From NCBI GenBank assembly GCA_965112155.1, contig OZ218115.1: 64,000 nucleotides of DNA; one strand, 5' to 3'. A program made the position numbers and the translations under genes. The notes under the pieces were generated by a model. That model made no database searches, was not told the DNA's origin, and saw only the letters and a list, made by a program, of their open reading frames with translations. Source of the DNA: Podarcis liolepis. Its lineage: Eukaryota. Shown piece by piece: positions 24,001-39,000 of the stretch. Within the stretch, counting starts at the first letter, position 1, and each line of letters begins with the position of its first letter.

Positions 24001-27000
24001 CAATAGTCCATAATGGGTTAAGACAAAGTACGGGCCCCAACTGCCTTCACGTGCGCTACTTGCGAAGCTGGCATTCCCTTACGCTGGCACAAGTCCTGTC
24101 ATTCAAACTCATCACATGTTTGCTGAAAGTGGAACAGGTATCAAAGGGAGCTACTGAAAACAGTTCTTGTTTAGCAGCAAGCGCAGAGGAGATAATTTTT
24201 TTAAAAGCCCAAAACAAACAACAACTAAAGCAGGGCTGTGTCCCTTCAGATATAGGGACTACAATTCTCACCATCCCTGACCACTGGGCCATGCTGGCTA
24301 TGTCTGGGAGGAGGTGCACCACTGCAAGTGCCACAGCCTCCCCCCCCCGCAATCCCTGAACTAGAAGCTTTAACTGACCAATCAGTGGCACTGCACTTTA
24401 AGCGCCCACCTGATCATTTTGGTCCTGGCAAGGTTTTAACAGACCAAGGAATACATATGCTTCTTTTATAGCCTAACCAGGGAAGTGGCAGCTTTTATCC
24501 AGGTTCTGTGAAGTTCTATATTAGCAACTGACCCAGTTTTCAGCAGAGACCTGCTTTGAGAACAAGAGGTCCCTTCCAGATGGAATATTCCAACCAGCCC
24601 TTTGGGCAGGGAAGCCTGACTGCCCTCTCCTCTCTGACCTGGGGCAGAGGTGGAGCCCAATGCCAGTGTGAGACCATGCAGCGGAAAAGGAAGCAGCGAG
24701 AGCAGGCAGGCAGGCAGGCAGACTTGGGGTGGGGGAAGGAAGCCATCAGCAAGCTGCTTACCTAGCCCATGACCTCCAATCGACACTGAGGTGAAAGGGC
24801 AAAGAGCAAGGGTAATCAGAGTGAGACAAGAATCACACGGAACAGTGCACAATTAAAATAAAACACAGGAGAACATAGGCAATGTGGCATTTCCCTCCCC
24901 ATGGTGGGTGAGCGGTGTGGCCGGATGTGCCCGGCAAAAAGCAGTCGATGTGGGAGGGCGTGGCATTATTTTAGCGTGGCTCGCCCCACCCTCCAGCAGC
25001 CCTCACCCCCCATAAGACCCTCACCTGGGAGGAGCGCTCACCTGTGACGGTGCACTTGCTGGCGTCGCCAGTGGGCAGGGCCCGGATGCGGTACGGCGAG
25101 TAGGGGATCTCATCCCCACCGTACTTGATGAGGATAGTGTACCGGCCGGTCATGTCTGGGACATACGACACAGTGTAGGTGCCATCTTGGTTGTCACGGA
25201 TGGTGGCTTTCTTGGGCTTGCCCTCAGGATCCTGGCCACGGCACAGCCCAGGAAGGGGGGGTTAGAAGGAAGGCAAGCATTTCAAGTTAAGAAGCGGCAA
25301 CTGCAGCAGCCATTGTAAACCTAGGTCCCTGCCCCAAAGTTGTTATGGTCATGAGAATCTGACAGGAATTTGTATGAGTGAAAACCCACTTGAACCCTAA
25401 ATGGCACAAAAAGACAGCCGCCACGAGCATTTCTTGCTGTTACATAGGAAAGCACTGAAAGGACATTTTATGTTTAAAAGGGGTGGGGGGCTGAGCAAGG
25501 CATGAATAAACTGGGATTACCAAGGAGGAGTTGTGAAATTGGTCAGTGACCTACACAACACCCTTGCTATGCTTTAGATGCAAGCTCAGCTTAAGGTTGC
25601 CACCACTATAGACCTCTGGTTCAAAATGAGTACTGAAATCTACTGTCTTGCTGCAGTGGGATACTCAGGAGTCAAGAGACTCTCACCAAGTGCAGGGTTG
25701 GTGGCCCTTCTAAGTATAGGATGAGAAGGGTAGCTTGAGTCAAGGGCAGAAAGCTCTGGACAATGAACAAGGCAGCGTTTTCTGCCATTTGGAAATGTTA
25801 TCAAAGCTCCCACCCTCCGAGTACAAGACAGCAAGTATGACTATGCAACCATGGGGCTTATAGAAATCAGTGAGGATGTTGCCACAAGGCAGTGCCACCA
25901 CGTGACTGAATGAAGGAGCTCACAGTCCACCTGACTGCAGCTTATGTGTACCTTCAGACTTGTCCCAGTCTTTTCCACATCATCTCCCACTGATTTATCC
26001 CCCAAGTATCTACCGTGGAACCGACCCCTCTGCCCTGAAGGCCTTCTCACAGCAACCCCCAACCTGCATTCATCTCCCCTTCGGACATTGTTCCACTTAC
26101 GGTGATCTGGACGGCCAGCAAGCCCTCTCCCGCATCCTTGGCATCAATTGTGAACTCCACAGGCAGGCTGGCTGGCACACCTGTTGTGTTCAGCCCTGGG
26201 CCACTAGCCTTTACCTTGCTGGCATCATGTGTGGGAAGAACCTTCACCTTGAATGGACTGTGTGCATAGAAAAGAGGGAGGGAGAGAAGTGCCTCTGTTA
26301 ATGTTAGGCAACTGACAGAAATGGCCACACCCCATCCCTCAACTCCAGGGTGCACAGGTGTTCCCCCACAGGATCATTAAGGGTCACTCATCTTTCTCTT
26401 ACACAAAATAAAGGCATTATAATCTGAGGCCACTGCAGCCTGATGGAATCCTCTACTAATGAGAAGTTCCCACTGACAGGGCAGCACGTTCAGCAGAAAC
26501 AACGGTAAGTGTAAGACACTGTACACTGGGCTCAGTGTTCCAGGAAAAGCTTTCAAGTCTTGTGCCAGTTTTTGCTCTAACACAATTTGCCAGTCGACAG
26601 TAAGAGACAAAAAGATCTGTGGCATAAGGTTTTGCTTCCAACACTGATTACATGGGAGTCTTTAATAGATTTGCAGAGGCCCTCTCTCAAACAACTTGCC
26701 CAATGTGTTCAATGAAACTTTAAAAACATTATCCTGAGAGGTAAGTCCCCTAGCCTCAGATTCTCAAGTGCTGGGTTTACAAACACTCTGGATTTACAGT
26801 AAATGGTGAAATCATATGAAGCTTTGGAAACATCAAAAAGCAGCCATTGCTATTAGAGTCTCTGCCTTGGCTCAGAGGGGCTAGAAGCTTCCTTATGAAT
26901 GTCAGTGTACCAAGCTTCTGTCCTAAGGAGGCTTCTGAGTCTCACTGTCTTCCCTCTGGCCTACAGTGGCCAACCCACAACCCATACCTGCGGGGCACCT

Positions 27001-30000
27001 CCTCATCTCCATAGTGCACAGCAATGCTGTATGGGCCTTCCCGGCTTGGCACGTAGCTCGCGGTCTGAGTCCCGTCAGCATTGTCCACCACATCTACAGG
27101 CTCCACCACTCCTGCAGGAAGAGTTCAACAGGTGAGAGAAGGGCCAAGCCCCAGGAAGGCACTACTGGTCTAGTCAAGCCGAGATTTGCTTACCTTTAGG
27201 GCCCTGAACTTTGACCTGGAGGGGTGCCACACCTGCCTTGCTGGTGTCAACCGTGAAGGACTGGGGGACATTGGCTCTGACAACACCTGGAGTCAGGCCA
27301 GGGCCTGAACATTTAACTTTAGATGAATCTATCACATCATGCACAGGCACTTTGAAGGGGCTCCCTATGCAGAGAGAGAGAAGGGGGTGAAAAAAGTTGG
27401 ATTTGAGCCCAGAAACCACTTCAAGGTTTCAGGTAAAGCACACACTCCTTACATCAAATGCAGTTTTAAAAGAAGTCTCTTGCTTTTGAGTCCCACCCAC
27501 ACTTGTGTTTTAGGAGTCCAACTTTACTCGTGGAATTCCTAACCAGCAAGTCCTATTTGCAATCCAATTGCCTGTCTCTTTGATCTTCCAGGGGACTCAA
27601 GTGAAGCATACAATCATAAAACCATAGAACTGTAGAGCTGGAAGGGCCACAGGCGGCATTGACCAATGCTCAGCAATGATGGGAGTTGGGGAGTCACAGG
27701 TCCCCCACCCCTATGTGGCATGCCCTACGGTCCGCAGCCTCTGATCCCACACTAAGCATTACACCATCCTGCTTGCCCAGCCCACTCCTGCCTTGCTGGA
27801 GATTGCTCAGAGGAGAGCTGACAAAGTGCACCAAGAACGCAAAACAGAGATGGATATGAACTTGTTTTGCAGAATATTTAGGCCAAGTAACCTTGGGCAG
27901 CTTGAAATCTTGCTTTCATTATTTAGGTACCAGGAGAGCCTAATGGGACTATATGCCTCTCTTTTGGCTAGAAAGGCAGCCTAAATTTCCACCAGTGCCC
28001 TGCCCAGAACACAGAAAACACCAAAGTGGTGAAAAATCAAGAGCAACAATTGCATTGTGGAGCCCAGGGAAGAGCAATCTTTTCCGGTCAGTGGACCAGA
28101 TCCTTAGGTCACCCAGACCTTGTCAGCCATTTTGGCAGGTGCGCAGGGCCACCCAGGTGTCAATGAACTGATGTCACCATGGCAGCTGGCAGCGAGTTTT
28201 CCTTTGCCCAGGCAGTGCAAAAATCAAAGCACTTGGCCAAAGGCACAAAACATTGCAATCCCCAACAGCAATTCAGTCAAATCCCACTTTAGGCAGGAAG
28301 CCGCATCTTTACCTGCCTCACACCAAATGCTATATGATGGCAGGTGGGCAGGACTCAAGGGGAACTATTGTGGGCCAAATTAGGACTCCTGCCGGGCCTC
28401 ACTAGGACCATGGGCCAGAGGCTCCTGACTGCTGGAGTAGCCTCCCTCTCCCTCTCTAGGGCCATGTATGCCAAGAGCGACAGAAGATGCCACCATCACC
28501 AACCTATAAATCAGTTGCCCATGCCACTTCCTGCCTACCACTGCCACACACACAACCCAGCCCCAATCGGTACCTGGCACTTGGTGGCCACCGTAAGTGA
28601 CGTTGAGGTTGTAGGTGCCAGGTTCATAGGGAATATATTCCACAGAACAGCTGCCATCTTTGTTGTCAGTGCATGACATCTTTGCTTCAGAGGGACCTTC
28701 AACAGCTAGGCCCAGTCCACCAGAACCAGCACCCCTGTAGAAGAAGAAACCAGTTTTGACTCTAAAAGGCCCCAACTGATCAACAAATCAAAGCCTGTGA
28801 TAGTTGGGAGTCGCTACAGACTCATGCCTCAGGCAAAGAAGATCGAGGAAGTGAACTAGGAAGCTCCTGTTCAAGCAACTTAGAAGCGCAGTGGAAGTGG
28901 AAGTGCTTTCATTAAGAACAGTTCTGGGGTAGGCCAATGAATCTTGCGCGAACTCTTAAAAAGCTAAAATCCCCACAGGCCAATGAATTTTAAAATTCAC
29001 AGAGCAAGAAACCATTTTGGTTGCCTTAAGGATTAGTTGTACCTTAAGTATGCTATCTTGTTTTGTATACTTAAGAGCCTGGGTGGCTGGATCAGACCAC
29101 AGCCTGCCTAGTCTTATCCGCCCTTCCAACCATGTTTTCCTGCTTATCCTTTTAACACCAATCTTTGGGCCGGGAAGGGAGCAGATACGATGCAAAGCAA
29201 AGGAATCCCAACTGAGACAGCATTTTTCCTTATGTTCTCACCACCTTTAGAAGTGCTACTGCTAGGAGCCGACTTCATTTTCCAGGCTGCTTCTCCAACT
29301 AGCTCAGTGCTGCATTACTGTGACTGCAAAAAGCTGGCCAGGATCTCATCTCGTTAAAGAGATGCTTTTCACATTTATTACATTTGTCACTTACCACATA
29401 AAAGCAACTGAGTAAGATTCAAAACACTAAAAGAATAAAACCTTTACTAAAAGTGCTTCGCCTGCAATATTATAAAAAGCACAAAACTTTTAATTTACTT
29501 TTTGCTTTTGCATATTAAAGCCCTGCCTTCCTGCAAGATTCCTAGCAGCCACCAAGGTGATCCATTAGAGGGTAGCAGATGACTTCATTCCTGCCCATTC
29601 CAGATTAGCACAGCTTCTTTTGAGGGCTGGGCTGCACCCCCGAGGGTAGCAGGCCAGGTCGGCTGCCCAAACCAGGCGGTGATGCCCTTCTCGGACCGCA
29701 CCCTTTGCACAGCAATCCTCCTTGGTCTCTCTCCAGTTTTACCTGGTCTCCACCGTGAATTTGTTGGGCTTGTTGGTGGTCCCACTTTGGATGCCAGGAC
29801 CATGCACTCGAACCCTTGTGGGGTCACATCCTTCTGTTACTGGAACCCGGAAGGGGCTGCTCGGCACAGGGCTGCCATTGTAAGTCACATCAATAGAGTG
29901 GACACCTGAAGAAGAAGAAGAAGAAGGGGGAAAGCTGGAGCTCTTGGGTGCTATGCCTCAAACTTCAAAGCCTATGCATCGCGGAAGCCCTCCTGTGACC

Positions 30001-33000
30001 TCAGGTGTGCGCAGACTGGTGGCAGTCAAGCTCACTCCTCTGGCACTATTCCCTTAATGCCCAGGCTCAAGCAGCCCAAGACATTTTGCTATATGAGGCA
30101 AAAAATGTTTGATGGAGCACATGCTTAACAGTCATGATTAAAGAGCATGTGTGCATGCTACACACACATTTTCACTCTCCACAGTTTCCAAAAAGGAGGT
30201 CCCCTCATCTTGCCCAATGGTAGGGCCAGAAGTCTCAGGTGGCCAACACTGAAGACTGAACAACAGCATCAATCGCCCATGAAACTGGGCACATTTTCAA
30301 AGCAAAAAGGGCAGGCTTGTGAGGCAAGCGTTGAAGAGGATCTTGGAAATCCATAGCCCCTCCGTTAGGGTCTGCACCATCAGGACCAAGGGGGCTCCCC
30401 ACATCATGAACGCCCCTCCCTGCCGCTGCACAGCTCTCTCACCATCTTCATATGGAGTGTACTCCACATTGTAGGTCCCATCCCCATTATCACGCACATA
30501 GCTCTCGGTCAGGTTTCCTGAGGGATTGGACACTCTCGTCTTGACATGAGGGCCTCCAGCCTTAGTCAGGGCTCGTGCATCTACGCTGAACTCTGTGGTG
30601 GCTTCACGGAACACACCTGGTGAGCACAAGCAGGGTCAGAAGTCATGGAATATGGAAGGAGGCTGCACAACAGGACTCTCCCAACCCAGTCTCATTTTGC
30701 ATCCTGTTTCATGAATGACCCGAGGCCCTAAACTGTATCCAGCATCACCTGGGAATGTAATTTGGAATGTGGGTCTGAGCCAAAGCCCCAAGTCATTTGC
30801 ACCTATCACCAGAACTATCCCCAGGCCAAATAAGACATCCTCAGGGCAAGATGGAGGCCATCCATCACAGCCAAGCTTGACATGAAGGGTCTTCACCCCC
30901 CCCATTACTTTCCTCTCTAGCCTACACCTCCAATCCCCTTATTATGAAGCCCCCTGGCTCAGGACAAAATGGTTTACCAGCATCCTGTGCCCACTTGTCA
31001 CCAGCATATAACAGGTTTGACTTTCTACCCCTTCTGTCTCTGAAGAAAATTTCTATAAGGATAATGCCTGGTGAAGTCTTAAGGAAGCCCCAAGAGGGTT
31101 GTTTGAAACTTCCAATGCCTCTGCCCTATAACTAGGGGGAAACAAATTTATTCCCAAAAATACAGACGGGCAATTACGTTTTCCTTCTGCAGCTCAAGCA
31201 AGTCATCTAAATTCAAATTAGGCTGACACAAATTTGTCACAGCAATTCCCTTTCCCCTCTCCAAACCCAAGCCATAAACTTCCTAGGACAGGCTGCAGAC
31301 TACTCAACGCCAAGTCCCACTGGGACACTCTTCCAAGGAGAGGGCCCAGCCAGCCTCACCTTTGCCTTCCACTCCGGGCCCGTAGACTTTAACTCCAGAC
31401 GTGTCCACAGCTGGTTCCACGTTGAGCTTGCTGGGGAAGTTTGGCACAGGCTGCCCACCGTATTTGATTGTGATGGTGTAGACACCCGGGCAGAGAGGGA
31501 TGTAAGTGATGGTGTAGGTGCCATCGCCGTTATCCCGCACGTGGACCTCCGCCTGTGTGCCGCTTTCCGAAATGATCTCAATGGTGAGCTCTGCGCTGCC
31601 GGCACTGGAGCAGTCCACGCTGAACTCTCCCGCCTGCCCCACCGTGGCGTGCTCCAGCCCTGGCCCAGAACACTTCACTTTGGACGGATCAAAGCCAGGC
31701 AACACCTGGGCTTTGAAGGGAGAGCCCGGCACATGGGTGTCAGCAAAGAGGATGTTGATGTTGTACTCGCCAGGCTCCGTGGGCAGGTAAGAGACGGAGC
31801 AGGTGCCATCTCCATTGTCCAGGCACTCGATCTTGGCCTCACAAGGGCCCTCCACAGTCAGGCCAAGGCCTCCGTTGCCAGCCCCTTTGGTATCTATGGT
31901 AAAGGGGGCAGGAGCGCCAGCCAAGCCACCCTTCAGGCCTGGTCCATAGGCCTTCACCTGGGACAGGCCAAGGGCAGGGGGAACAAGGAAAGAGAAGACA
32001 GAAGAAGAATGCTCCATGGTCACTTTGGCCCATCAAACAAGACCTTTAAATAAAAAGGATTTATCAAGGCAAACCCTCCCGCCATCAAAAGGTGACTATT
32101 TGCTGCACCCAGATGAAGACAAATGCTTTATAAATGGTCAACTTGCCCCTTCAGATCTATGCAGGGCTCTGAGTGACTGAGTTCATGGAGATGTGTGCAG
32201 ATCTCAATCTACAGTGGCAACCACCCAGAGCCAAGTTAGCACAGCGATGAGAAGGCTCTAGTCCAGGGAGGATGGGGGACCGGGGCCCCTCTTCCAGGTG
32301 CCATTTCACTCCTAGCAGTCCCAGCAGTCAGCATGATAGGACTTGGAGTCTTACAACATATGGAGGAGAACAGCAGCCTCCACCTCAACTCAAGTCTGCA
32401 CTACTAGACAAGCCCTCCTTTTCAGGAAAGAAGAATTAAGGGCATTCAGAGTTTTGGGTTTTTTTTTGGAAACTCAAGCACTAATTTGCCCAGGGAGAGG
32501 ATGTGTCTCTCCTAATATGGTCAACACATACTCTTTATTAGGCATGTGCACACACACAAATAATTTAAGCCCCCCACCCACTGGAATAACCAACATCCAC
32601 ACCGTCAGATTAATCTAGACTCTTAAGGGTTTGCTGTCTGCATAATAGTGGTTTCCTGTCCACAGTGCCCCCGTATGCCCCCTAACCAGGCCCGCTTTGC
32701 CTGGTCTAAGTATATGAAATGGCTGGAGCTCACTGGCTAGGTCAGAATGTTATTGTACTGTGAAGTTACAGGAATGGAAGGTTTGAGACAGGAAAAAAGA
32801 AAAGTCAAGATTTAGGACAAAACGAATTCGGTGAGGAAAGACACTTCAAAAACAGGGCACTCTGTGCATGCCCCATGTGACCACCACCACATACATGCGG
32901 CAAGAAACCACTCAGAGTTCTAGAACACAGGAGGTGGCGAGCAGACAGCTGTTCTGCCCATCCACACAGAGACTGAATCAGCCAACAAGGCCCAATCCCT

Positions 33001-36000
33001 CGGCCACATTAATGGGGTGTGGGGTGTGTGTGTGTGGAGCTCCTACCTTGGATGGGTTGGTGGGGGGTACAGCCTCCACAGGGAAGGGGCTGCCTGGGAC
33101 TGGCACACCATCATAGGTCACGTCTACTTCATATGGCCCCTCTTCCCGGGGGATGAACTTCACCACGCTGTTGTCGGAGCTGAGGCCTGGCTCCACCTTG
33201 CAGGGCACAGGTTTGCTGGAGGGGCCTGTGATCTTGGCAGCCACCTTGCCTTGGCCACCAGCCCCCTTCGACTTGACGGTGAACTCCTGGTCCTTGCCCA
33301 CTTCCACTTCTGCAAAAAACAATGTGCGGGGGGCAGAGTGTGCATGTTTGTGTCAGATCTCAAGTGTATTTGGCCCTTTGAATTAAAAAAGGAGGGGAGA
33401 GATCCTCCTCTTCTGGGCCAAGTATTCCTACCCCCAAAATCCACTGCTTTGCCTGCCCTATAGAGAGCGGCTTAAGAATTGCTAAGACAGAACCATCCAC
33501 TAGATTCCTAGGTAGCCGTTTCTCAGATTTATAGCACCACTTCCTAAGGCCTAGAGAAGGTGACAATACTTTTGTGGCTGGGGTTAAGTTGCAGGGGGGG
33601 GAGGGGAGAGAAATACTGGCATGACTAGTGTTTCCTGAAAAAAACAAAGACCTTGGAGTGCTTCCAATCATCTGGCCCTGGCAGGTCTCCAGGAAGCAAA
33701 GATTTTTAATCCAGCTGCCACTTGGGAGGCATCTAAAAATGGGGAATTTTCCCATCATGGTTTGACCTCCATGGAACTCCAAAACCCTTCCGGGGGGGGG
33801 GGTTGTAGTAGATGATTGCCTGTGTGACAAAATGCCCCCAATCTTGTCAGGGCAAGACTCCACAAGACCAGTTTAAAGCTTGCTGATGTTGGGAGCACAG
33901 ATGGGTTGACAGGGATTTTTATTGTGTGGAGGCTCTGCCACATGGTATGGGGAGGAATGTACACACATGAATAGCGCAGAAACTGCAATGTGTCAAGGGG
34001 GAGGGTGGAGATGGGCAGGAGGAGAATGCTGCTGCAATAGCTTAGAATCATTCTGCAGACTCGCACAGCTGCCACTCAAAAGGCCATTGCATTGAGCTTC
34101 ACCCTTAACATGCAGCAGGCTTGCTAGTCCTGCCACAATAGGCAACACCACGGGAGCTGAATTTGCTAGAACCAAGGGGAAACCACCCAGCTCCCCTTGT
34201 TATTTCTGCTATTGCCAGGAGGTGTGGTGTTAATGTAATCTTGTTATATTTATAGCACTGCAATTATGGGTTTTGTACGTTATTATATTTGCCATTGTGG
34301 TTTTCTTTTGCCGTGAAATTGTTATTGTGACAACCGATTGAGATGCATTCCCGTTTCCTAGGCTGCAAAAGCTGCTTTGATTTTTTTGTAGGAGGGAAGC
34401 ATACAAATAAAATTATGATGTTGCTGCTTCACATCACAGGCTGGTGAAGAGGATGACGGGAGCTGGGTTGGCAAAAATGCAGCTAACTGAAACCCCAGGG
34501 CAAGTTCTAATGGGTGGGTTGCTGCTGGGGGAGAGGATGCGGATGGGAACCAAGAGTGCTAGATGTGCTGCCGCCGCCATTTTGGGCAGAACTCTGTGTT
34601 TTAAGTGCAATGTGATTTGGCCCCAGGGCTCAGGAAAGGTCCTACTCTAGTTTTTATGGCTGTAAAAGTACATTTGCAAAAGTGAGTATGCTTGAAGGAC
34701 AATGCCTCCTGGAACTCATAAACCCAAGACAGCAAGCAACAGAGCAAAACTATTCTACATTTGCTCTGCAAAATTGCAGGCCTGCAAAACCCTATTAATG
34801 CAAGACTTCTCAATGTGGACATATCTTCTGAGCTGCCTGAATCTGCCTCGCAGGGGCCAAAACTTCCCAAGGGATGCTGGAACAGATGGGCTCTTGGTCT
34901 GATCCCAGAAGGCTTTACCAGCCAGCTGCAAACACTGGCTGTATTGTAATCCTCAGGGATAAACTTGACATGGCCAACCTACTTCAGAAAAGCCAATGAC
35001 TGCAGAGAAGCAGAGTAGACCTTTAAGTGTGTGATAGATCATTTCTTTATTAGGTGGTTACCTTTTAAGAATTTTTTTTTAAAAAAGAAAAGAAACCCAA
35101 CAAGGGTTGTGTAAACAGCAGCTGTACAGTTCAGGCACCACCCTCCTCCACATCTGGTGCCCTCCAGATGTTTTGGACTACAACATGATTCGCCTCAAGC
35201 ACATTGTAGTTGAAAGCATCTGGAAAACACCAAGTTGGGGGAAGACTTACTAGTTCAATTCAATCTTCATTTGAAAGGAAGGGGGCAGAGACAAACTAAC
35301 TAATTTAAGGGTGGCTTTAGATCAAATTGTAACTTGTAGGAACACAATACCTTTACTAGAGCCATCTTACCTTATTCCCAAATTTGACTCTTGTGCTGCT
35401 TTTATAAAATTAGGCTTACTCTAATGAGCAAAGACTTTTACATTTTAAATACATTTTCTTTGGGTATACCAGCCAAGAAAGACCGCAGCTTGGAATTTTG
35501 AACAGATGAAATGATATAGGCATGCAGTGATGCAACCAGAGCCAGGATGACTTCACAAAGAGCCCGTCCTGTTACTGCTGCAAAAATCTGGAGATCCAGA
35601 TGCCTGTTTCATGCTGGCCAAAAGTATGCTATAATGATGTCATAAATGCTAGATGCAGAGTGTTTAGAGGTTAACACTGTATGTAGTTCATCACCCTTTC
35701 CCAGGATACAGGCACTGCTATGTCCAGCATTTAAGTCACTGGGATACATACTGTCGCCAAGTCCAGAGATCTTGATCTTGCCGAGGTCCAGGGTGGGTGC
35801 CACTCCCACACTGAAAGGGCTTTTGGGGATGTGGTCTCCTCCATATGTAACATTCACTCCAATGTTACCCTGAAAGTCAAGAACCATGACTGTCATCACT
35901 TAAAGACACCATTTTTGAGTGATAAAGAGACAGCCTTCTCCCGCCCTCATCCTGCCAACTCGAAGCCACAGCCAAATCTAGTTTCTTACCTGAGTAGATT

Positions 36001-39000
36001 TTAAAGACTACTTTAACTGAGACTGTAAGCCTGTATCTGGACAGCAACACCTCCCGACACTTAGCAAGGGCTCCTCCGCAAGGGGGGGGGGGGGACCTTG
36101 CATATAGCACATCCAGGACAAGACTAGGCTAGAACACCAACCCTACATGCAAGCCACAAACCATCCTATTTGCCTAAACCTGCCACACCAGGCTCCTCTT
36201 TCCTTGCTCTTCTTAGAGTTTGAAGACGCCAGATCCTAGCCGGCTTTGTGTATTCTGGGATGAAGTCTGCTACTGACCAAGAAATCTTGCCTCGGGGATA
36301 AGAGAGCCCTTAAGATCCCATGTCTCCTCCCCATCACTCACCTGCTGCACAGGGGTGTATTTGACAGTATAAGTGTTGTCATGGTGGTCAATTATTTCAG
36401 AGTCTCTAACAGCCTCTCCTTTGGCCGGGCCAGTGAACTGGACATCCAGCTTAGCCTTGCCAGCTGCCTTGGTGTTGACTGTGAAGTAGGTTGGTTTGCC
36501 TATCTCCACACCTGTAGCGAAGGGAGGTGAAAGTTAAACAACTTTTCTAATAAGCTCCTTAGTACAATGCTTACCAGAATCCCCCCACCCCAATCATCCA
36601 GTTTAGGACACAAACCATTCGCCCAAAGCCACCTCTTGCCTAGGTTTGAGTTCTACCCATTTTGCAAATTGGGACACTCAATAAAATGCTTTCATCAGCT
36701 GCCTTCAGCTGTCCATACTAGAGGCTCAGTATTCCCATTTCCTTCCTCACACCATCCACTCTTGACTTCCAAAGGGGTGGTTGAGGATTTCTGCCTAAGA
36801 GATGGGACAACACTGGAGAGAGAATGCCCTTAGATGCCCTCTCCTCATAAACTTGGGAGAAACTTTGGACAGCAGAGGAAGGAAGGCCTGTAACCCAACC
36901 ACAGCCCCTTCCCCACCATGTGACCTCCTGGGAGTATTCCCAATAATCCCTGGTTACTCGCAGGATCCTATCAGTGTGGGAGGGAGGGGTAGAAATGCTC
37001 CTCAAGGAGTACTGAGGACTAACAAAGCCCCATCCCACCAAGGATTGATAAATCATGCCCCCACTATTTGGCGGTCCATAACACAAGCACTGTCCTGGAT
37101 TCAGAGTCATGCATACTTCTAAGTATGGGAATCAGTGGGTCTAAAGAGTTGGAGCTTCAAAGCTCCTGCACAAATTTTAAGAGAAACGGGTACCTTTGGG
37201 AGGAATTTTAGTCATCCTTGCTCTAGCTTAGGCTCCAAGGATCCCGATACCCAGCCATACAGTTCAGCCCCAATTCACCCCCATTTACAGAGCATCCCCC
37301 AGCTCACCACTCCTGTTGAGTCCAGGTCCCTCAGCCTTGACTTTGCTGGCATCATGTGAAGGATCCACTTTGATTCTGATGGGGCTGGTGGGGGTGGCCT
37401 GCAGATGAACATGAAAACATTGCTTCCTACACTTTTTTGGCCTCCTCCCCACCCCCACCCTTCTGCAGTAAGAGGAGCTCTTACCTGGTCAGCAAAAAGC
37501 ACCATAATGGTGTAGCTGCCAGCACCGCGGGGTGTGTACTTGACTGTGAAGGTGTCATTGTCATTCCGAATGATGTCAAAGTCTATGTCTGCCTCTGCTG
37601 GGCCCACAACGCCTGGTGCACACTTGATGCCAATGCTCACGTCACCTTTTAAGAAGCAAAAAGTGGGAGTGAGACAGCAGCTTTAACTGGAACCCAGCTG
37701 CTTTATTGTGGCCTTCCCAAAGGTACAGCACAGAGAAGGGGAACCTGTGGCCTCCAGATGGCATTTAACTTCCACTACCACCAGCCCCAATCAAGACAGC
37801 TAGTGGTCAGGGAAGATGAGTTGTAGTCCAACACCACCATCTGGAGCAGCCTTTCTCAACATGTGGGTCCCCAGATGTTGTTGAACTACAACTCCCATCA
37901 CCCCTAGGTAGCAAGGCCAGGGCTCAGGGGTTATGGGAGTTGTAGTCCAACAACATCTGGGGACCCACAGGTTAAGCCCTGCTGATCTGGAGGATCATGA
38001 GTTCCCTGTTCCTGGTGTAAAGGTAAAGGTAAAGGGACCCCTGACCATTAGGTCCAGTCGTGGCCAACTCTGGGGTTGCGGTGCTCATCTCACTTTATTG
38101 GCCGAGGGAGCTGGCGTACAGCTTCCAGGCCATGTGGCCAGCATGACTAAGCCACTTCTGGTGCATGGAAATGCCGTTTACCTTCCTACCGGAGCAGTAC
38201 CTATTTATCTACTTGCACTTTGACGTGCTTTCGAACTGCTAGGTTGGCAGGAGCCGGGACCGAGCAACGGGAGCTCACCCCGTCGCGGGGATTCGAACTG
38301 CCGACCTTCTGATCGGCAAGTCTTAGGCTCTGTGGTTTAACCCACAGCACCACCCACTTTCCTGGTGTAGCAGGTCTCTAATACTGAAGGCAACAGGTGG
38401 GTACTCGAGTAACTCCTAGCTACTGACTGGCTCCAAAGGTTTGCAGCTGGAGTGGAGAGCAGGGAATCATCATAATCATTCCTGGCCTCTGACGGAGATG
38501 CAGTGTGAGATCATGACCTAAGGCAGCAGTATTATGAAACCTTGACTGAAAGTAAGCCCTACTGAACACAATAGGAAGTGATTCCAAGTAGTTTCAGGAG
38601 TCCACTGAAGTAGAGGGGAAGAGTCTTCGTGACCAGGTTTCAGTTTGGCAACAGAGGCCAGCATTCTGTCAGTTGTCTTCAACGGGGGGGGGGGGGGGGG
38701 ACAACCGGTTTTAATCCTATAGCATCCAGGCTTGCTGGGGTGTGATTTCTGCAAGGGAGGGCTATAGGTTTCTTGGCATCCTCCCCCAACTATAATGCCC
38801 AGAACTCTTTGGGAAAACCACAACTGTCAAAACGACAGCAAAGAAAATCTAGCAAGCCATACATGTCAATGGAGTGGGTAAATAACTCAAGGCACTTCTA
38901 GCTTCATATGCAACAATGCCCTTGTTGTGTCTCATGGACAGAGGAGCAGTCAGCAACTAACAGGGAAGAGGCCTTGAGGGAAAGAGAATGATGATAAAAA

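Noticed and set aside
28375-32520. Additional perfect CArG boxes CCAAATTAGG (28375) and CCTAATATGG (32511)
   Set aside because: About four are expected by chance in 64 kb, and I saw no supporting motif cluster.
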